This document shows, one piece after another, positions 59,670 to 64,000 of a stretch of DNA of 64,000 nt. Location of the stretch: the IMG/VR virus record IMGVR_UViG_2636416124_000002, positions 18,123-82,122 of that record, one strand, 5' to 3'. The notes beneath the pieces were generated by a model. That model was given only the letters and a program-made list of their open reading frames with translations. It was not told the origin of the DNA and did no database searches. A program made the translations under genes and the position numbers. Position 1 is the stretch's first letter; each line of letters opens with the position of its first letter. Source of the stretch: a virus (lineage: Duplodnaviria; Caudoviricetes).

Positions 59670-59945
59670 TCAGGCGTCCGGCTCCGGGTGCAGCACGGCC
59701 TTCTTCGCCGCCTGCTCCAGCTCGTACCGGCTCTGCTTCGGCTCTTGGTCGGCCTCGGCCGTCAGCGCGGCCTGGAACGTTTCCGCAGCCCCACGCCACG
59801 GGGCCCAGCCCTCCTTCGTGTACGGCTGGGACAGGGCCTTCTGCTGCGCCTCCATGGACGCACGGCACAGGTTGATCAGGTGTTCACTCGGTTTCGCCAC
59901 GGCCGGAAGCCTAAACGAGGGGTCTGACAGCGGGCCGTCTGCCAT
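59670..59945 (-). CDS. Hypothetical protein
   Basis: WAPWRGAAETFQAALT...RYELEQAAKKAVLHPE. Confidence 0.7.
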   Translation of the reverse strand: MADGPLSDPSFRLPAVAKPSEHLINLCRASMEAQQKALSQPYTKEGWAPWRGAAETFQAALTAEADQEPKQSRYELEQAAKKAVLHPEPDA

Positions 59946-59952
59946 GCTGGTG

Positions 59953-60025
59953 GGGCGGGTAGCTCAGTGCTAGAGCAGCCGATTCATACTCGGTACAGAC
60001 GTCGGTTCAACTCCGACCCTGCACA
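59953..60025 (+). tRNA. tRNA with CAT anticodon (elongator Met or Ile2)
   Basis: D arm GCTC/GAGC; anticodon arm GCCGA-TTCATAC-TCGGT; T arm GTCGG-TTCAACT-CCGAC; acceptor has a G2:A71 mismatch; no encoded CCA. Confidence 0.75.
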
Positions 60026-60135
60026 GGCCCGCTCGTCTGCCACTGGGAAACCGTGGCACCCGGGGAGGTCCGGCATAGCCGGGCGGGCCGCAGTGGGCTG
60101 AACCCGCCCTCCTTGGCGGGGTAGACCCACGATCA

Positions 60136-60167
60136 AGGCCCCCGCTCGTGGCGGGGGCCTCTTCGTT
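60136..60167 (+). terminator. Intrinsic terminator
   Basis: AGGCCCCCGC-TCGTG-GCGGGGGCCT followed by CTTCGTT. Confidence 0.75.
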
Positions 60168-60202
60168 GCCGGACTGTCAGCGCAGTACGTCACGATGGAC
60201 GC

Positions 60203-60655
60203 ATGCCTCCTCGCCTCACCACCCACCAAGGCCTCAGCGCCGAAGAAGTCCTCTACGCTCTTTACGGCCGCCGCACCGTACCCCTGCACCGGATCGGTCT
60301 CGTCGTCGTCACCGGTACCTACACACCCTTCCACCCCGAGCCGGAATGGCCGTATGCCCCCGGCGAGATCATCGTGGTTGAGCACACCCGGGAAGGGGCC
60401 CGTGAACTGCTCACACCCCACCGCGACCCCTACACCGCCTGGGCTGACGCCCGCTGGTGCTACTACGCCACCGACAACCTGGAGAAAGCCCTGGAGCTAG
60501 CCAACCTTGTCACCAGTGAACGGCCGCGCGGCTACTACACGTGGACTGAGGATGGCTGGTCCGAGGAAGGGGACCAGGAGGTGGCCCACTGGCGCTGGGC
60601 GGGCGCCCCTGACAGCTATGCACGCGTGGCCGACCATGCGGGGCGGGGCCACTGA
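60203..60655 (+). CDS. Hypothetical protein
   Basis: 150-aa aromatic-rich ORF. Confidence 0.6.
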   Translation: MPPRLTTHQGLSAEEVLYALYGRRTVPLHRIGLVVVTGTYTPFHPEPEWPYAPGEIIVVEHTREGARELLTPHRDPYTAWADARWCYYATDNLEKALELANLVTSERPRGYYTWTEDGWSEEGDQEVAHWRWAGAPDSYARVADHAGRGH

Positions 60656-60746
60656 TTCAACCTGTGAGGGAAATCGCAGGTCAGGGCGTTTTCGCGGACC
60701 TCCGTAAGAACCCCTCCGGATCACTTCCGCAGCACCGCGAACGCGA

Positions 60747-60923
60747 TCAAGCCGCTTCGGTCACGTCGCCGCGCACCGCCGCAGCCCACTCCACCAACAG
60801 CTCCTCATACCGGCGGCGGGCCTCAGGCGACACCAGCCCGCCGCTCGTCAGCAACGCCCGGATCTCCTCGTTCACAGCCGACAGCGAACGGGCAGCACGC
60901 GGCGACGAGGAGGACGTGGACAT
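60747..60923 (-). CDS. Small helical protein downstream of the flavoprotein
   Basis: RSLSAVNEEIRALL...RRRYEELLVEWAAA. Confidence 0.6.
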   Translation of the reverse strand: MSTSSSSPRAARSLSAVNEEIRALLTSGGLVSPEARRRYEELLVEWAAAVRGDVTEAA

Positions 60924-60932
60924 GCGGGCAGT

Positions 60933-61477
60933 CTACGGGCGAGCACTGACAACCGCCTCGACCGCGTCCAGTGCGCGAGACCACGGGAACGCCTTCGAGT
61001 CACCCTGCTTCGGCGGATGCGACTCATACCCGGCCGGACCATCCAAATACACCACACCCTGCGCCCGCAGATCCGCAATGCTCCGGGCCACCGCAGGCTG
61101 AGCCCCCTGCGCCCGGTTGAAATACGGCATCGCCAACACCGGCACACCCAGGTGCACACCCTCCGACACCAAGCCAAGCGCCACCGTGTCCGCGATCCCG
61201 TTGCCCCACTTGTTCAAGCTCGTGCACGACAACGGCGCCACCAACATCACGTCCGCCCTCGGCAGAGCATCCTTCTCGCCCGGCAGCTTGTACTGCCACC
61301 GCACCCGGTGCCCCGTCAACGCCTCCAGCTCACCCATGCGCGGCCCCCACCAGCGGGCAGCCGACGGCGTCAGGATCAGGCACACGTCCCAACCGCGGGC
61401 CTGCGCCAAGCGCACCCCTCGTCGACGTGCTCGGTGGGGCCAGCGGCACAGGCGATCAGGTACAGGACTCGGGTCAT
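60933..61477 (-). CDS. HFCD/PPC-decarboxylase-like flavoprotein (frameshift near 61418)
   Basis: VLYLIACAAGP; CLILTPSA; ADVMLVAPLSCTSLNKWGNGIADT; AMPYFN. Confidence 0.88.
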
Positions 61478-62685
61478 GCCTGGAGTCCACATCGTTCGGC
61501 CAGCGCACGCAACTCACTGCTCGGCTTGGCCGTTGCTCCCACCACGTCCTTCACCAAGTTCACCGTGGCTGGCCTGCCCTTGAACTCCTCCGGCGCCAAC
61601 TGGGCAGCCTCCACCAGAGACTTCGCGGCGGCATCCTTCTTCCGTGTCAAGAGCTGAGCGCGTGCCATCGTAATCAGGTGCCCGGCCCGCCGCTCCTGCT
61701 TCAACCCGCGCACCGCAGCCCCGTCCATGCCGTCAGCGGCCTCCAACGCTGACCAGCCGTCCTCGAACCGGGCCAGAACATCCACCCGGTGCAGGCCAAC
61801 GTTCGTCGGCCCGAAGTTCGTCCAGTCCGCATTCAGGTCAGCGCCCTGCTGGTCCGCCACCTCGTCGGCTTGGCCCACGTGCTCGATCGCCTCCTGCACC
61901 CGGGCGGTCGTCCGCTCCATCGAGGACGCCGCGATCGCCGCAGACAGGTACAACATCCCCAACGTCGACAACCCGAGAGGCCCGGCCGCCGCCAAGTCGG
62001 CGTGGAGGCGCCGCGCGGACCCTATGGCGAACTCCACCGCGGCGGCCGGCTGGGCCTGGGCCGACAGCGACTTCGCGACCCGGCGGGATGCCGCCCCGAT
62101 CGCCACCGGATCCCCCGCCCGCTCCGCCGCGGCAAGCGCCCGGTCCGCCACCACCGCCGCCGGTGCCGCGGTCGGCTGCCCGTACTTGTGGAGGAACGAC
62201 GCGGCCAGCTGCAGCACCCGGGAGTTCAGCACGTGCACCTCCCGCTCCTCCGTACCGGCTGCGGCCGAGGCCTGGGCGGCGCCCATGATGAGGGCTGGGA
62301 GGTCACGGCCGAGAGCACCGTAGTGGCAGGCCTGGAACGCCTCGCAGCAGAACGTGAGCCGCTGCCGAAGGGAATCCAGGGGCGGCGGCTGGACGTCGGA
62401 GGCGTCCCGGTACAGGACGTCGATGACTGCGGCAGCTTCCGTCGGCGGGCGGCCCACAACTGGCGCCGTGGGGGTGGGGTCGGTCAAGAGCTGCTCCAGG
62501 GGGACGCGCAGGGCCTCGGCGGCACGCACGAGGACGGACAGGCGCGGGTCCTGCTGGCGCTGCCCGCCTTCGAGATCCTGCACCCAGCGGCGGCTCTGCC
62601 CCATGATCCGCCCGAAGTCCTCCTGGGTGAAGCCGCGTTGGTCCCGCCAGAAGGCGATACGGCGGCCGATGCGCTCAGTGTTCAC
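61474..62685 (-). CDS. XRE-family HTH regulator with a large helical C-domain
   Basis: IGRRIAFWRDQRGFTQEDFG...WVQDLEGGQRQ; FGPTNVGLHRV. Confidence 0.88.
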   Translation of the reverse strand: MNTERIGRRIAFWRDQRGFTQEDFGRIMGQSRRWVQDLEGGQRQQDPRLSVLVRAAEALRVPLEQLLTDPTPTAPVVGRPPTEAAAVIDVLYRDASDVQPPPLDSLRQRLTFCCEAFQACHYGALGRDLPALIMGAAQASAAAGTEEREVHVLNSRVLQLAASFLHKYGQPTAAPAAVVADRALAAAERAGDPVAIGAASRRVAKSLSAQAQPAAAVEFAIGSARRLHADLAAAGPLGLSTLGMLYLSAAIAASSMERTTARVQEAIEHVGQADEVADQQGADLNADWTNFGPTNVGLHRVDVLARFEDGWSALEAADGMDGAAVRGLKQERRAGHLITMARAQLLTRKKDAAAKSLVEAAQLAPEEFKGRPATVNLVKDVVGATAKPSSELRALAERCGLQA

Positions 62686-62788
62686 GGGGTGCCCTCACGG
62701 TAAGGCACGCAATCTGCGTGCACACCACCGTTGTACCGCGCCCTACCTTGCAGAAACAGCAGGTCGTCAACACCGAGCAGGGGCTGCC

Positions 62789-62998
62789 ATGACCACCAGA
62801 GCTTTACCGCCCGTCACCACTCTGACCGAGGCCCAGCAGCGCGGCTGGGCGTGCGTCTGGTGCCGGACCGCGCTCGGCATCGGGCTGGGGGACAACCTGG
62901 GAGAACAGCGGGTGACACCTGCCACCGGCGCCGCGTACACATGGTTCCCCCGGCAGTGCCCCGACCGGCCGGCCTGCCAGGCACGGGAGGGGGCGTGA
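62789..62998 (+). CDS. Small Zn-finger protein
   Basis: LTEAQQRGWACVWC...WFPRQCPDRPAC. Confidence 0.7.
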   Translation: MTTRALPPVTTLTEAQQRGWACVWCRTALGIGLGDNLGEQRVTPATGAAYTWFPRQCPDRPACQAREGA

Positions 62999-63174
62999 TC
63001 TGCGCCCGCTGCGACAGGACGATCCTCGGGGAGTACGTGGTCCTCGACCGGTCGGACTCGATGTCCGGGGCCCGTCCGGACGACTACGCGCACCGGGTGG
63101 GGGATGCAGAGTGCAGACCGTATCCGGCCACCCGGTCGCCGCTGCAGCAGGCGGTCCGCCACACCGTCAGGTAA
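62995..63174 (+). CDS. Small Zn-finger protein
   Basis: ICARCDRTI...SMSGARPD.YAH...C. Confidence 0.7.
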   Translation: MICARCDRTILGEYVVLDRSDSMSGARPDDYAHRVGDAECRPYPATRSPLQQAVRHTVR

Positions 63175-63330
63175 GGCAAACCTTTGCTCTGGCCTGCAGG
63201 TATACGCGCGGTGACCGTGACGGATGCTCAGGGCATTTGTTGCCATCGGGCACTAGTTTTTCAGTCAAACATGAGCGAAGCTCGAAATCGCTGCTGACCC
63301 GGGAGTCAGCACCCGCCGCCACGCCGCTGA

Positions 63331-63558
63331 TCAGCCAAGGAGGTCCCGCACGTGAACCCGGAGCGCCCGCGCGATCCTCAGCAGGTGGCTGATCTTCGCC
63401 TCTTCTCCGTACTCGATCCGCTGGATCGTGCTGCGGTCGACCTCGGCCGCTTCGGCGAGCCGCTCCTGGGTCATGTCGAGGTGCATGCGCCGGACGCGGA
63501 CGCGGTCGCCGATGGCTCGGCGGGCGTCGAGGATCCACTGGTCGTCTGCGGGTGGCAC
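63331..63558 (-). CDS. XRE-family HTH protein
   Basis: RAIGDRVRVRRMHLDMTQERLAEAAEVDRSTIQRIE...LLRIARAL. Confidence 0.88.
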   Translation of the reverse strand: MPPADDQWILDARRAIGDRVRVRRMHLDMTQERLAEAAEVDRSTIQRIEYGEEAKISHLLRIARALRVHVRDLLG

Positions 63559-64000
63559 GCCAGCCACGCTCCGCTGAAGATCATCTTATGTCCGCAGCAG
63601 ATTTGAGGCATTCTTTGATCATGGAGTGATCGGGCCTGACCGTTGGCCCTTGCCTCAGTGCCGGGGGTTGGCACCCAGCCCTCAAGTGTTCGTTCAATCT
63701 GCTGAGCCGCCAACGGGACGCCGCCGTCCCGTTGGGTACATCGCCGGCCCCGGATCGCAGTCCACACCCCCCAAGGTGCGGCGATCCGGGGCCGGTTTTA
63801 TGTCATGGTGAACGAATGGCTGCGTTTCGGGGGAGTCTCTCGCCTTAAGGCGTGGGGGAGGTGGGAGACGGCTGGGAGATGATCATGATGAGCATTGACT
63901 AACTACAGATAACTAGAGCGAACTGGCGCCCCGTCGAAATTCCGCTGGCACCTAGGGGCAGCTTGCTTCCAGCGCTTCTACGATCTAGGGGGAGAGAGAG

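Larger units (their letters stand above)
1..63567. mobile_element. Temperate siphophage-like element carrying a TraB-type conjugation module; boundaries not visible
   Basis: Terminase, portal, capsid, tail, tape measure and lysis genes lie in one contiguous block with rep, GntR, TraB and clt-like repeats. No host housekeeping gene seen in the window. Confidence 0.9.

Noticed and set aside
59953-60025. tRNA as attL/attR
   Set aside because: No duplicated 3' end elsewhere in the window, no adjacent integrase, and phage-type genes lie on both sides.
60933-61477. RiPP (LanD/AviCys) biosynthetic cluster
   Set aside because: No precursor with a C-terminal Cys, and no dehydratase, cyclase or transporter nearby.

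Overview
High-GC actinobacterial DNA, most likely Streptomyces. The whole window looks like one temperate siphophage-like element that also carries a Streptomyces-plasmid/AICE-type conjugation module. Left to right: small phage early genes (1-4155); a replication initiator with internal iterons (4816-5955); a GntR/UTRA regulator pair and an Xis/Cro-like HTH (7858-9581); a kilB/spd/traA/traB/clt-like transfer region (9961-18102); an HD hydrolase and a four-operator switch (18.3-19.7 kb); a circularly permuted tRNA-like RNA overlapping a HEPN-motif gene (22.25-23.23 kb); a leftward packaging operon (MuF, terS, terL, portal) divergent from the head-tail operon (28.1-44.9 kb, ending in a GDPD tail protein); a leftward accessory block; a lysis cassette with an inserted NLTPH-motif protein; and cargo (DUF4352-like proteins, resolvase plus Zn-ribbon/GIY-YIG protein, SOS-boxed DUF6233 plus DNA ligase, tRNA-CAT, XRE-flavoprotein cluster). 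No integrase or att site was recognised. About 20 genes are broken by apparent single-base losses in C/G runs, which I read as assembly errors. All family names come from recognising motifs by eye; no database search was run.
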